Origin: Eledone cirrhosa
Taxonomy: Eukaryota
NCBI GenBank assembly: GCA_964016885.1
Contig: OZ024740.1
Span: forward strand, 231,632,001-231,696,000
Reading direction: 5' to 3'
Length of the DNA: 64,000 nucleotides
The notes beneath the pieces are model-generated. The model had not been told where the DNA came from. It saw only the letters and a list, made by a program, of their open reading frames with translations, and searched no databases. The position numbers and the translations under genes are program-made. This document shows, in pieces, positions 1 through 11,841 of the stretch. The first letter of the stretch is position 1. Every line of letters starts with the position of its first letter.

Positions 1-908
1 TTACTGGTATTTTATTTTATCGACCCCGAAAGGATGAAAGGCAAAGTTGACTTCTACAGGAACAAATAACGCAAAGTATTTTGATTCTGCTAATCTCTGG
101 TTTTGTTAAGCAAATCCACCCTGAACTAATCCGATCAAATCCGATGGATTTGCCTTGGTTTCAATGACGCGTGTTCCAGTTGTTCGATCAACGAAACAGC
201 CGGCTCATGAAATTAACTTTTTTGTGGCTGAGCATTCCACAGATATGTGTACCCTTAACGTAATTCTCAGAGTTATTCAGCATGACAAAGCTGACCGTTT
301 CGAATTACAGTTACAGTCCATCTGACGATCTTCCAAATAGTTTCGGTCTAGCTAGTGTATCGGTCCACCCAAGGTTATCCAAATGACACTTGCCCAGGAC
401 ACTACGACTTATGATTGCGAAGCAAACTCCAAACTCACTCGGCCATGTTGTGTCTTCACCTTGAATTGAGTATGTGACAGGAATAGCATCCAATATATAG
501 GAGTAGGCTTTCATCAATATATATATTGAACGGAATATCTAAATGGTCCTAAATATATATAACAATTCTTACATGCATGGTGTATTTTCTGAAACAATAC
601 ATTATATTGTATAAGTATTACCTACAGTTACTTTGATCAAATGAACTAGGACACATGATAGCGAAGCAAATCTTCATCACATACGACTAGTCACCGAATT
701 TCTACTGTTTAGAAAAAATCTCTTTATATTAGAAAATAATAATATGAAAATACTGCTGACAAATCACAAGATAGCACATGGAATCATGGATCAACTAAGC
801 ACTCTTGCTATATCAACACATTTTGATCTGCTTAATTTCAAGGACTATGCCTGTAAATAACATTATTTTTTCTTCCACATTGACTTTTTATGCTCTACAT
901 TATGGCCG

Positions 909-1037
909 TTTTCTTTTTCTTTTTTCTTTTTTCTTTTTTCATTTTTCATTTTTCTTTTTTCTTTTTTCTTTTTTCTTTTTTCTTTTTTTCTTTTTTCTTT
1001 TTTCTTTTTTCTTTTTTCTTTTTTCTTTTTTCTTTTC
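909..1037. repeat. Polypyrimidine (T5-7C)n tract
   Basis: About 130 nt almost exclusively T/C. Confidence 0.9.
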
Positions 1038-1430
1038 ACTTCATAAACCTTGTTTGTAAATAACATTATTCTTTCTGCACCTTCTCTTTAACATGTGTGA
1101 CACCACACTAATACATTTCACTATCATTTGATAATGCTTAAAAATGCTGAAACCGGTAATAGACAATTATTAAATATATAAATAGACAAATAAATGCCAT
1201 TGTTAAATAATAAATAAATCAGCTAATACCTTAACACTTCACACAGAGTAAAACATTTCGTTTTAATCATTTTCTAATCCAGAAAAAAGAGAGAGAGAGA
1301 AACAAAAAAGAAAAAAAAATATTTTTCTTCCTAATAATCGTCTATATATATATATATTTCTCCCCCTCCCCTTTTAATGTCTTTCCACCACTCCCCTCAC
1401 ACCCTCGGAGCTCTTTTCCTGCCTACTTAT

Positions 1431-1463
1431 CTCCTGATGAAGGGCTTATGCCCGAAACAGGTC
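1431..1463 (+). ncRNA. Minimal hammerhead motif in a TA-flanked PLE-type fragment (about 1358-1557); relatives at 54364-54399 and 60913-60947
   Basis: CTGATGA-A-GGGC TTAT GCCC-GAAA-CAG-GTC. All three copies share the downstream aagcgt.aa.ctaatat tail. The 54364 copy keeps stem I (tctt/aaga). Confidence 0.65.
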
Positions 1464-1558
1464 CCCCACCTCCCACTCTCAAGCGTGAAACTAATATTAA
1501 CATTTTGTACTGTCTCTTCGCTTCCTCGTGTTTTTTTTTGTTTTCTGTTTCAACTATA

Positions 1559-1612
<54 letters not shown>

Positions 1613-1769
1613 TTCTGTAAGTCCTGATAAAGTCGCAAGGGCGCCGTATTGATATACGGTGTTTCTCGGGCATTTTAAGACTGGCGGAGCCCATCCCTTC
1701 CCAGACCCGAGTACAGCTGATTTCTTCCAGAGAAAAATAGAAAGTGAAAGAGAGGAAATGAGAAAGGGC

Positions 1770-3095
1770 TATAGAGGAAGAATTCACCCAGTACTAGACT
1801 GGTACGTTTTTTTTTTTTTTGTAGACCTCGAAAGGATGAATGGCAAAGTTGACCTCAGCGGGATTTGAACTCAGAGAGAAGAGAGCCACAACGAATACTG
1901 CAAGGCATTCGATCCGACGTTCTAACGACTCTGCCAATTCGCCGCCTTATAACCCATTATAACAGCGTATTAATTTTTGACTTGAGAATAACAACTGTTA
2001 TGCCAAAGTTAATCGAAACATTCAGGAATTACACCGTCCTAGCTGTTGAATTAAAGAGAAAACCATTATGACAGTTAAGTAATGTCTATCATCCTATTAG
2101 TGAATGGAACAACTGGCGTGATATATAACCACTTCGGTAAGGATTTTGACATAGTAGATTCAAGAAACCTGTAAAATTGTTAGTATTTTCCCGCGCAGTA
2201 TCTTTTTTTAACCTGGAACATGTTTGTTAATATTGAATATTTTTTTAAAAACCCGAACCCCTTCATGAATGTTTTAGATGATCAACCTAATTATCGTTTT
2301 AAGAGAGAAAATCTGAGAGAAAATTGTATTTCTTAACTCATGAATAAGAATAATTTCTGGTTCATACCAACAATTTCGAGGGAGGAAAAAGTCGATTAAA
2401 TTGACCTCAGTTCATTAATGATACTTTATTTTATCGACCCTGTAAGGATGATAAACAAAGCTAACCTTGGCGGGATTCGAACTCAGAAAGTAAAGACCCG
2501 GAAGAAATACTCTTCTAAAGAATTTGACCAGTAATAATGATTGTTTCTACTTTTGGCACAACGCCAGCAATTATCCCAGTGCATTACTGGTACTTTATTT
2601 TATTGACCCCGTAAGGATGAAAGGCAAAGTTAACCTCGGCAGGATTTGAACTCAGATCAGAAAGGAGCGTAACCCTGTGCTGCAAAGCATGTTGTCCGAC
2701 CCTCTACCGATACTGCCAATGATTTCTAATATTAGCACAATGCCAGCAATTTATGCGGAGGGGGAAAGACGATTATATTGACCCCAGTACTTGACTGGCA
2801 CTTTACTTTGTCGACCCTAGAAGAATGAAAGACAAAGTTAAACACGGCAGGATTTGATCTTAGATCGTAAAGAGCTGGGGGAAACACCGTTCTAAAGATT
2901 TTGACCAGTAATAATTGTTTCTACTTTTGGTCAAGGCTAGCAATTATCCCAGTGCATTACTGGTGCTTTATTTTATCGACCCCGTGAGGACGAAAGACAA
3001 AGTTAACGTTGGCGGGATTTGAATTCAGACCGTAAAGGGCCGTAACTCTATACCGCAAAGTATGGCGTTCGACCCTCTACTGATACTGCCAATTC
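1770..3095 (-). mobile_element. Cluster of tRNA-derived SINE family A (about 5 copies; more at 1-100, 6120-6280, 10015-10145 and 20225-21030)
   Basis: About 190-bp unit: A box tggcagtatcggtaga, B box gagttcaaatccc, core ttaactttgcctttcatccttacggggtcgataaaataaagtaccag, tail gtgccaaaagtagaaacaattatt. Confidence 0.9.
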
Positions 3096-3438
3096 ATCTA
3101 ATAAAGATACATTTTATCTTTGACGAAAATCCATGAATTTATAAGGAATGTCTTTCTTAAGAAAATATTCATGTTTCTGATGCAATCTGTTAATCTCATA
3201 ATAAACTTTGTGGCAGACGTTTTTTCATAGACTTGGATGTAAATCTCATTGTAATTCTCGATGTAATTCTCGTTGGAAATCTCCTTGGAAATATCGCCGT
3301 AAATCTCTTTGTAGATTGTACATTGAAAGGGTTTGTGCTTGTTGTAGAGCTAGGTTCCCTTTCCTGACCCTTTGATGCCACCTTCGTAGAATAGTACAAG
3401 AAGGCAACAACAAGCGGTTGGGAAAGTGGTCCACTTAC

Positions 3439-3584
3439 CGAAGGAAAACAACTCTGTATGGTTGAACTCAAAGATAAGCTGGCATCGCTTCAGAACCGGC
3501 TTACAAAGAAACATCTTTCCAGTTGCATCATCGATAGTAACAATTGACGAAGTTTTCGTTGAAGTTTCCATTAAAAATTTAACT
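3439..3584 (-). other. Candidate exon (146 nt), product unknown
   Basis: Acceptor gtgccctttctttcag and donor gtaagt. Only one frame is open (VKFLMETSTKTSSIVTIDDATGKMFLCKPVLKRCQLIFEFNHTELFSF). Confidence 0.4.
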
Positions 3585-3731
3585 CTGAAAGAAAGGGCAC
3601 TCCAATGCGTTTAAAATCTCCCATCGACCCAGCTAATGATACTTTATGTAGTTCCCCATCTCGAAAAAGTAGCAGCTAAATCTCCCTCAAATCACATCAT
3701 ACAGTCTTAAAAAATGAATTATGTACATACA

Positions 3732-3890
3732 TTTATCCATAGACTACAAATGGCTGCGATAGCTGACAACGTCAAAATTTGAAAAACATCCTTGCGATTC
3801 AAGGGATGACAATTTCATTTTTTTTACAACCTTGTCACCAGGAATGTGGCCGGTCAAAAATGTACTCGAAATTAAAAGAAAGAGAACATA
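3732..3890 (+). mobile_element. Short Dong/R4-like 3' fragment
   Basis: Aligns by eye to 17175-17330 (cttgcgattcaagggatgac...aaatgtactcgaaatt). Confidence 0.65.
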
Positions 3891-4838
3891 TATAAATGTA
3901 CACACACACACACACATACGTAAAATATAAAAATATGATGATTGGACCTGTAAGTTTTATTCATCGTACAGTCCAACGCTTTTATTCATTATATCACATA
4001 TACTACATACATTACAATGAGCCCCGTATGAAACCAGTTTTAGTGAGATCCACCTCAACCAGAGTACGCAAACATATAATAATATAAACACACATATATG
4101 CAGCAAATAAAATAAAAAATAGTGTAAATAAAACCATTTGAAGTGTAATAATTGTCATGAAAAATTATTCCCAAATCAAACAAAATAACTTCATCCCAAA
4201 GAAAAGCAATATCAGCTATGTTTGTTTTTGATGCAACATTCTGTTTTATTGTTTGACATACTTAATAAAAATAATTAAATTAATGTTAACATATTTAAAG
4301 TATATCTATTTCCATTTAGACAAATAATTTTAGCATATAAATGTTCATACATGAATTAATTTCTCTCTGGAAGATTTCGCTGAGGGTAAATTTCAATGGC
4401 TACTAGATGTTAATGGAAACAATTTACAATTTGTGAGAAATAAATAAAAAAAAAAGAGGGAAACAAAAGGAAAGATAGGGAAATATAGCAAGAAACAAAA
4501 AAAGAGAGAAAGAAGAAAAGGAACAGGAAAATGATTAATGCCGTGAAAATTAAAAAGTTAACAATAAATAATTATGCGCTGAAGGGAAAGACGTCACGAA
4601 GGAAACAAATTAATTAATTAATCAAGCATCAATTAATAACATATATTTCTATTTTTCGCAAGTACGAGAGGCAACCCTTCGCATATTTCATGCATGCTCT
4701 GACATTATTATCGAAGCATGGTCAACATTTTGATTTTCCAAGTAACAATGAAATAATGAATCTCTAAGTCAAAGTACAAGATTGTGCAGTGGTTGACGTA
4801 TGAAAACAGAATTCGAAAAACAAACAATAACTAACTTA

Positions 4839-5006
4839 CTGTATTTCCCGGCGTCCAAGACGCTACTTTTTTCCTAAAATAAGTCTAAAAAATCTACCAT
4901 GCGTCCTGGAGGCCGAAGGTTGTTTATCATTTTTTTGCAAATTTTTGGTCGTCAAAATTAGGGTGCGTCATCGAGGACGAAGCTTCTTCGGCGCCGGGAA
5001 ATACGG
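4839..5006. mobile_element. pogo/Tc2-type MITE
   Basis: TIRs ctgtatttcccggcg / cgccgggaaatacgg, with TA on the left. Confidence 0.75.
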
Positions 5007-5097
5007 CATATAACATATGTTAACATGATTTTAAAACATATTTAATGTTTGATGCATTTAAGAAAAAAAAAAAATCGAATTGGGAGTGTGCTTAGTC

Positions 5098-5560
5098 CAG
5101 CGTTTCTCAACCGGTGTTTCCTGGAACCCTAAGGTTCAGCAAGAAGTCACTTGGATTTCCTTGATAAATAAGCTAATGCATTCTTTTTTTTTCAGTAATT
5201 TTTGTTTAATTTTATATTCGTAATTTTAATATTGGCATGTTGGGAAATCCTTGGTTATTAAAATAAAACCTTCAACGTCTTATATCATTTAAAACTGGGT
5301 TGTTTCAAATAATCTACTTATAATGCTCTTGTGGTTTTGTCCATTACGCAAAGGGAGGTAACTCATCCATGTTTGAGTATATAAATATAAATACATACAT
5401 ATACATAAACAGAGACATTATACAAAATAATGATTACATGATTACATACACACACACATCTATGTGATGAGTGTGGAAGGAAGGGGGCTGACAAACTATA
5501 GAAAACAGAGAACAGCGTTCGCTACACTTGTGTTACTCATACATATAAATGTATACATAT

Positions 5561-5621
<61 letters not shown>

Positions 5622-6111
5622 TGTGTGTGCATGTAATAATTATTTTCTCTGAGTCTGTTTATGTATATGTTTGTGTAGACGTGTGTGTATGTAATAATTA
5701 TTTTTAACTTGAGATCTTAGATTGGCTACAGATGTGTGAGTGTATGTGTGTGAGTGTATGTTTGTGTGAGAGTGTGAGTGTGTGTGTGTGTGAGTGTGTG
5801 AGTGTATATGTGTGTGAGTGTATGTGCGTGTGAGTGTGTGAATGTGTGTGTGTGAGTGTGTGTGAGTGTTTGTGTGTATTTGTGTTGTCCAAGGAGCCAA
5901 GTTCCTAGCAATATCGAAATAAATTAGAATTATCAAGAATATATAACGACCGCAATTGAAAGGTATATACAAATACACATCTACCCTTTAGCCGTCATTT
6001 TTGACGACACGGGAGCAGCTAGTGGTATATAATAATTTTTATGCAGGAGTTCCCTGAGACATGAAAACTAGTTCAAGGGTTCTGCCAGGGTAAAAAGGTT
6101 GAGAAACGCTA
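5098..6111 (+). mobile_element. hAT (Charlie/Buster-type) MITE with a nested Helitron-like and microsatellite insertion (about 5310-6023); an uninterrupted partial copy lies at about 44652-44937 (-)
   Basis: cagcgtttctcaacc...ggttgagaaacgcta, with flanks gcttagtc/gtctagac. The insert ends cacgggagcagCTAGt. Confidence 0.75.
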
Positions 6112-7426
6112 GTCTAGACTATTAAACATACCATCAATACTTGACTGGTATTTATCTTATTGACTTAGTAGTTGATAAAGGGCGAAGTCAACTTTGTTAG
6201 GATATGATCTTATTTAAATGTAAAGGGAGGTAACCAAATATCGCAAGTGATTTTGACCGGTGATTTTAATCAACCTTGTTAATCTAAACACAATAAGTAA
6301 CGTGAATCATTCGTGACTTTCTAAAGTCCTTTTCCAGTGTTGTTGTTGTTGTTGCAGTTGTTATTGTTGTTGTTGTTGTTGTTGTTCTCCTCCTCCTCCT
6401 CCTCCTCCTCCTCCTCCTCCTCCTCCTCCTCCTCCTCCTCCTCCCTAAAGTTCCGACCTAGGTGAACCTTCACTGATCAGAACTATGATGAAAACACTTT
6501 TCAGTTGTGGCCATCTCTATTTTGGCGGGGTTGTAGGGTGTTATTAGAGAAATAATTGGCTGCTATTTGTTGCAAATGCAATAATTATGTAGCTGTGTCT
6601 TGAAATGTCTATTGTAATGTAGTCGTTGTTATTGTGTTGTGTTGTGTTAGTTTTAGTAGTAACTAAAGTCGTACAGGAGTTATTTGTAATGAAGTAGTGA
6701 AAGCTGTGGTATAATAATGAGGTATGGATTTGTAGTTGTTGAAGAGGTTCACATAGACACGATAGTAGTACGATTCTGTTCCTATTTATACAGTCTATAT
6801 TTCCTTCTTTTTCTTCTTTTCTTTTGCTGGTTTCTGTCATTTCACTACAAGACACTTGACTATTAACTACTAACCAAGAACCAATAACCACTGACCAGTA
6901 GACACTACACAACACATTTAACAATTAACTGTTGACAATTAGCCACTCGTCTAATCAATGACTAATACTCATTAATAGTTAACTACAAGCTACTAAACAG
7001 AAACCACTAACCTAAAAACACGAAACAAAAGAAAAATGCTTGCCCTTCGTATATCATCTTGAATAATCCTCACGTTTTTTTAAAATATATTTCTCTATTG
7101 GTGTATTACAGGTTCCTTATTATTTCACATGCCTACTAGTTCACCTACCTACCTGCCAATACACCAATTTACTCATCAACTCGTCAGCTTATCTACTCGC
7201 CTACCTACTTGCTCTCAAAACCACCTACACACATTCGAACATATATGTGCAGAGTTATTTTAATATTTTGTCGGAAGTGATCATAAAGATTTCAGATTCT
7301 TTCAGGCTTGTGAGATGCTGTTTAAACCCAGGTTAGCCGTATGATCAAACACATCCTAGTTGTAATCATTTCAGCTTGTTTTCAGAGAGAGAGTGAGAGA
7401 GAGAGAGGGGAGAGAGAGGGAGAGGG

Positions 7427-7510
<84 letters not shown>

Positions 7511-8135
7511 TTGGCTGCTGTTTATAATCGGTCGAGCAACTAAGCAGAGAGTTTATCTCATTGACTGATGACTTAATGTTCTGATTGCCTGAAAAGTTAA
7601 ATGAAGAGTATGAAAAGATCCAAGGAACTGTGGTTCTGGATAGAAAAAGACAGGAAGACTGTTTAATGCGTTAAGAACTCGAATGAGACACGGTAATGAT
7701 GAGAAGAAAAGGAGAGGAAAATTAAGTCAATAAGTGTTCAAATTTGATGGCGATACAAAACTCACACCTTTCTAGTTCAAGGGGATAGCAACCATTCTAG
7801 TAACAATAGATGAGGCGTAGAAAAGTAACAGCACGTCTGTGGGCAAGACAACGTAATGTGCTGGCGCTGGAGTGAATCTTCGTTAACCATTAGATACTAA
7901 ATTCACACCCTCTAATAAAATGTCTAAACTTTGTTATACAGCTTCTCAATTATTTTATCGCTGCCGTACAGAACATCGAATCGTTATTTGACACCGTCAG
8001 TATCATACCAGATTTGTTTCTATGAGAAGAGGTACCTAGCTGTTTGTTCAACTTTATTTTCCAATTGTGGCAAAATGAGCTTCTAACATGAGTGAGATAG
8101 ATAGATAGAGATAGATAGATAAATAGATCGATACT

Positions 8136-8238
<103 letters not shown>

Positions 8239-8298
8239 GATAGAGAGAAAGAGAGAGACAGAGAAAAACGGTGTGGGGTGAGATAGATAGATAGATAT

Positions 8299-8600
8299 GT
8301 TTCTTTATTAGCCACAGGGGTATAAAAGAAGGGGACAAATACAAGGGGGGAACTTTACATACAATAAAAACGTGTAAAATATTATCACAAATGCAATTTA
8401 AAAATTAGTCGATTTTCCCCAATAGGGGGAGACAGTTCATATGGGTAACACATACCCCGAAAAAATGTGCAACCCTCATCTCCAGGAGTACGAAGAGTTT
8501 GTACTCCTTTCCTCTCCTCCTCCTTTTCCTCAACCTACAGGCTGATATAGAGAGAAGGCCCATTCACTCGGGCCATTCTCGCCACTTTCACCCACCTTTC

Positions 8601-8631
<31 letters not shown>

Positions 8632-9260
8632 GATAGATAGATAGATATATTTCTTTATTAGCCACAGGGGCACAAAAGAAGGGGACAAATACAAAGGGGG
8701 AAGTTTACATACAATAAAAACGTGTAAAATGTTATCACAGATGGAATTTAAAAGTTAGTCGATTTTCCCCAATAGAGGGAGACAGTTTATATGGGTAACA
8801 CAGACCCCCGAAAAAAATGTGCAACCCTCATCTCCAGGAGTACGAAGAGCTTGTACTCCTTTCCTCTCCTCCTCCTTTTCCTCAACCTACAGGCTGATAT
8901 AGAGAGAAGGCCCATTCACTCGGGCCATTCTCGCCACTTTCACCCACCTTTCATAAAACTTGCTGGGGTACAGCACCTCTCTCTCCATCCTGATTCTTCT
9001 TCCAAAGTGGTATTTGAAAAAAAGAATCAGTTGTTGGCCGGAGAGAAAGGTGTCTAACCTCAGCCCTTTCAACCTTGTCCACCATACAACCTCTTTCGCC
9101 ATAGCTATCACACAAAGGAAAACCGCCTCTCCTTCGTTTTTGAAGGAGGGTGGCGGTTTGATCATGACAATGGACTCGGTGGTCAACTGGATTGGTCCCA
9201 CCCGCGACAATAGTCGTTCTACATAGCCCCACAAGTCAGTGACGCCCGGGCAGTGTATGA

Positions 9261-9299
<39 letters not shown>

Positions 9300-9912
9300 T
9301 ATTTCTTTATTAGCCACAGGGGCACAAAAGAAGGGGACAAATACAAAGGGGGAAGTTTACATACAATAAAAACGTGTAAAATGTTATCACAGATGGAATT
9401 TAAAAGTTAGTCGATTTTCCCCAATAGAGGGAGACAGTTTATATGGGTAACACAGACCCCCGAAAAAAATGTGCAACCCTCATCTCCAGGAGTACGAAGA
9501 GCTTGTACTCCTTTCCTCTCCTCCTCCTTTTCCTCAACCTACAGGCTGATATAGAGAGAAGGCCCATTCACTCGGGCCATTCTCGCCACTTTCACCCACC
9601 TTTCATAAAACTTGCTGGGGTACAGCACCTCTCTCTCCATCCTGATTCTTCTTCCAAAGTGGTATTTGAAAAAAAGAATCAGTTGTTGGCCGGAGAGAAA
9701 GGTGTCTAACCTCAGCCCTTTCAACCTTGTCCACCATACAACCTCTTTCGCCATAGCTATCACACAAAGGAAAACCGCCTCTCCTTCGTTTTTGAAGGAG
9801 GGTGGCGGTTTGATCATGACAATGGACTCGGTGGTCAACTGGATTGGTCCCACCCGCGACAATAGTCGTTCTACATAGCCCCACAAGTCAGTGACGCCCG
9901 GGCAGTGTATGA

Positions 9913-9914
<2 letters not shown>
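8299..9914 (-). mobile_element. Three Tx1 3'-end fragments (8299-8603, 8650-9262, 9302-9914) separated by (ATAG)n
   Basis: They encode the same C-terminus as the long copy (...FYERWVKVARMARVNGPSLYISL). The second and third are a 652-bp tandem duplicate with identical ORF translations. Confidence 0.9.
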
Positions 9915-9989
<75 letters not shown>

Positions 9990-10376
9990 CGGAGAAGGAA
10001 AGAGAGGGAATAATCTATTTTAGTACTTAACTGCTATTTAAATTATCGATCCTGAACGATAAAGGATAAAATTGACCCAAGCAAGACTCGAAATCAGAGT
10101 GTAGCAAATCAGAACAAATACTGACTTTCATTAATTCACTGCCTTTATACACTAAATTAACTTCAAATGTAATAGCAGTGTCAATGTTCATGGATCTCAC
10201 TCCCGACAATCGTGTCAAAATACAACAAAAACCTTATATGGTGATGGTTCCTGCTAAAGATTTGAAAGTATAACCTAAATATATTTCTCTACATCTTCCA
10301 ATTTCCAGACCAATTAATTTCAATAAGTTGTATAATCAGTATTGGACAGCTTCCAGTAACACATTGACCACCGCAA

Positions 10377-10430
<54 letters not shown>

Positions 10431-10491
10431 GCGCGCACACGCACACACACATATATATATACACACGCACACTCCCACGATCACACACATA

Positions 10492-11040
10492 CGAGAGGGG
10501 TTCAAAACATTCGTGGAAAAAGTACATGGCTAAAAATCATATGCAGGGATTTTTATCTCAATGCACCGGAACGCCCTCATACTAACATGCCATAACATGT
10601 TCTATAATAAACTCTTAAATTCATGTTGCTACGCGGTGGTGCCAGTCGGAAGTCAGCACCCACTCGAACAATATGGCCTCCATAAAAACATGAAATTCAT
10701 GGTGAAGCTAGGGGGGAAAAGCAGCCATGTCATTGACGCTCTGGAGCAGGTTTATGAGGACAATACCCCAAAGCAATCACCAATCTACAAAATGGATAAG
10801 TCGATTTAGAAGTGGAAGAGATGGGGTTGAATATGATCCCCAGTTGAAGTTGTAAAAAACGCTGCTTTGACATGGTTTAAATCATATGGCCTTCAGTTTT
10901 ACACAGATGGACTTAAATGTTGCGATCAACACTTGCAGAAATGTGTTGATCTAGATGGAGCATATGTTGAAAAATAAATATCATAACTTTAACCTTTTTT
11001 TTAACTGTCCTTTTTCCACGAACTTTTTGAAATCCCCTTG
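10492..11040 (+). mobile_element. Internally deleted Hsmar2-like (irritans subfamily) mariner
   Basis: TIRs cgagaggggttcaaaacattcgtggaaaaag / ctttttccacgaactttttgaaatccccttg. Peptides NMKFMVKLG..IDALEQVYEDNTPKQSPIYK and LQKCVDLDGAYVEK*. Confidence 0.85.
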
Positions 11041-11549
11041 TTTACACACATAGTATACATACGTATACACATGAACACGGAAAGACCCACACACACATCG
11101 ATAAACTGAAATACTATACAAACACTATACAAAACAAGATGTATTACTTAACGCATTGCTTCATTACAGTCAGTACTCAAAATAGTTCGGACCATCGAGA
11201 GAACAAGACAGACAAGCCTTCAATTATTAACATGCTACTATAACACCTTCTGCTCGCAGTGGAACTGATTGATGCACCTCCTTCAGTTAAATTCATTGTG
11301 TTTCAAAACTCCGAACCAAATCTACGCAATTCAATTAATAAACAGTTTCCTCGGGCTTTACTCTGCAACAGTACAAAATGAACCTTAGGAATTTACATAT
11401 CACAAACATTCTCATTTCGATAGCTATAAGGAGTCGGCGTGAAAGGGTTGTGGCTTCTCTCCCTGCTACTAACAGTCACATAAAAGATTACATCGCATAA
11501 AATGTTTGTTAAAATGGGTAGTTGCATATAAAGTTTTAATCGCACACAC

Positions 11550-11710
<161 letters not shown>

Positions 11711-11841
11711 AATATATGTATATATAAAGACTTCTCGATTGCATGGAGAACCGTGGAAATAATTATAATGATTAAACGATTTATGTAACCTCATCATCTT
11801 ATTTTGTTATTTTATATATATATAGATAGATAGATAGATAA

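Noticed and set aside
7556-7606. CTGATGA…GAAAAGTT hammerhead-like spacing
   Set aside because: No credible stem II or stem III; consistent with a chance match.
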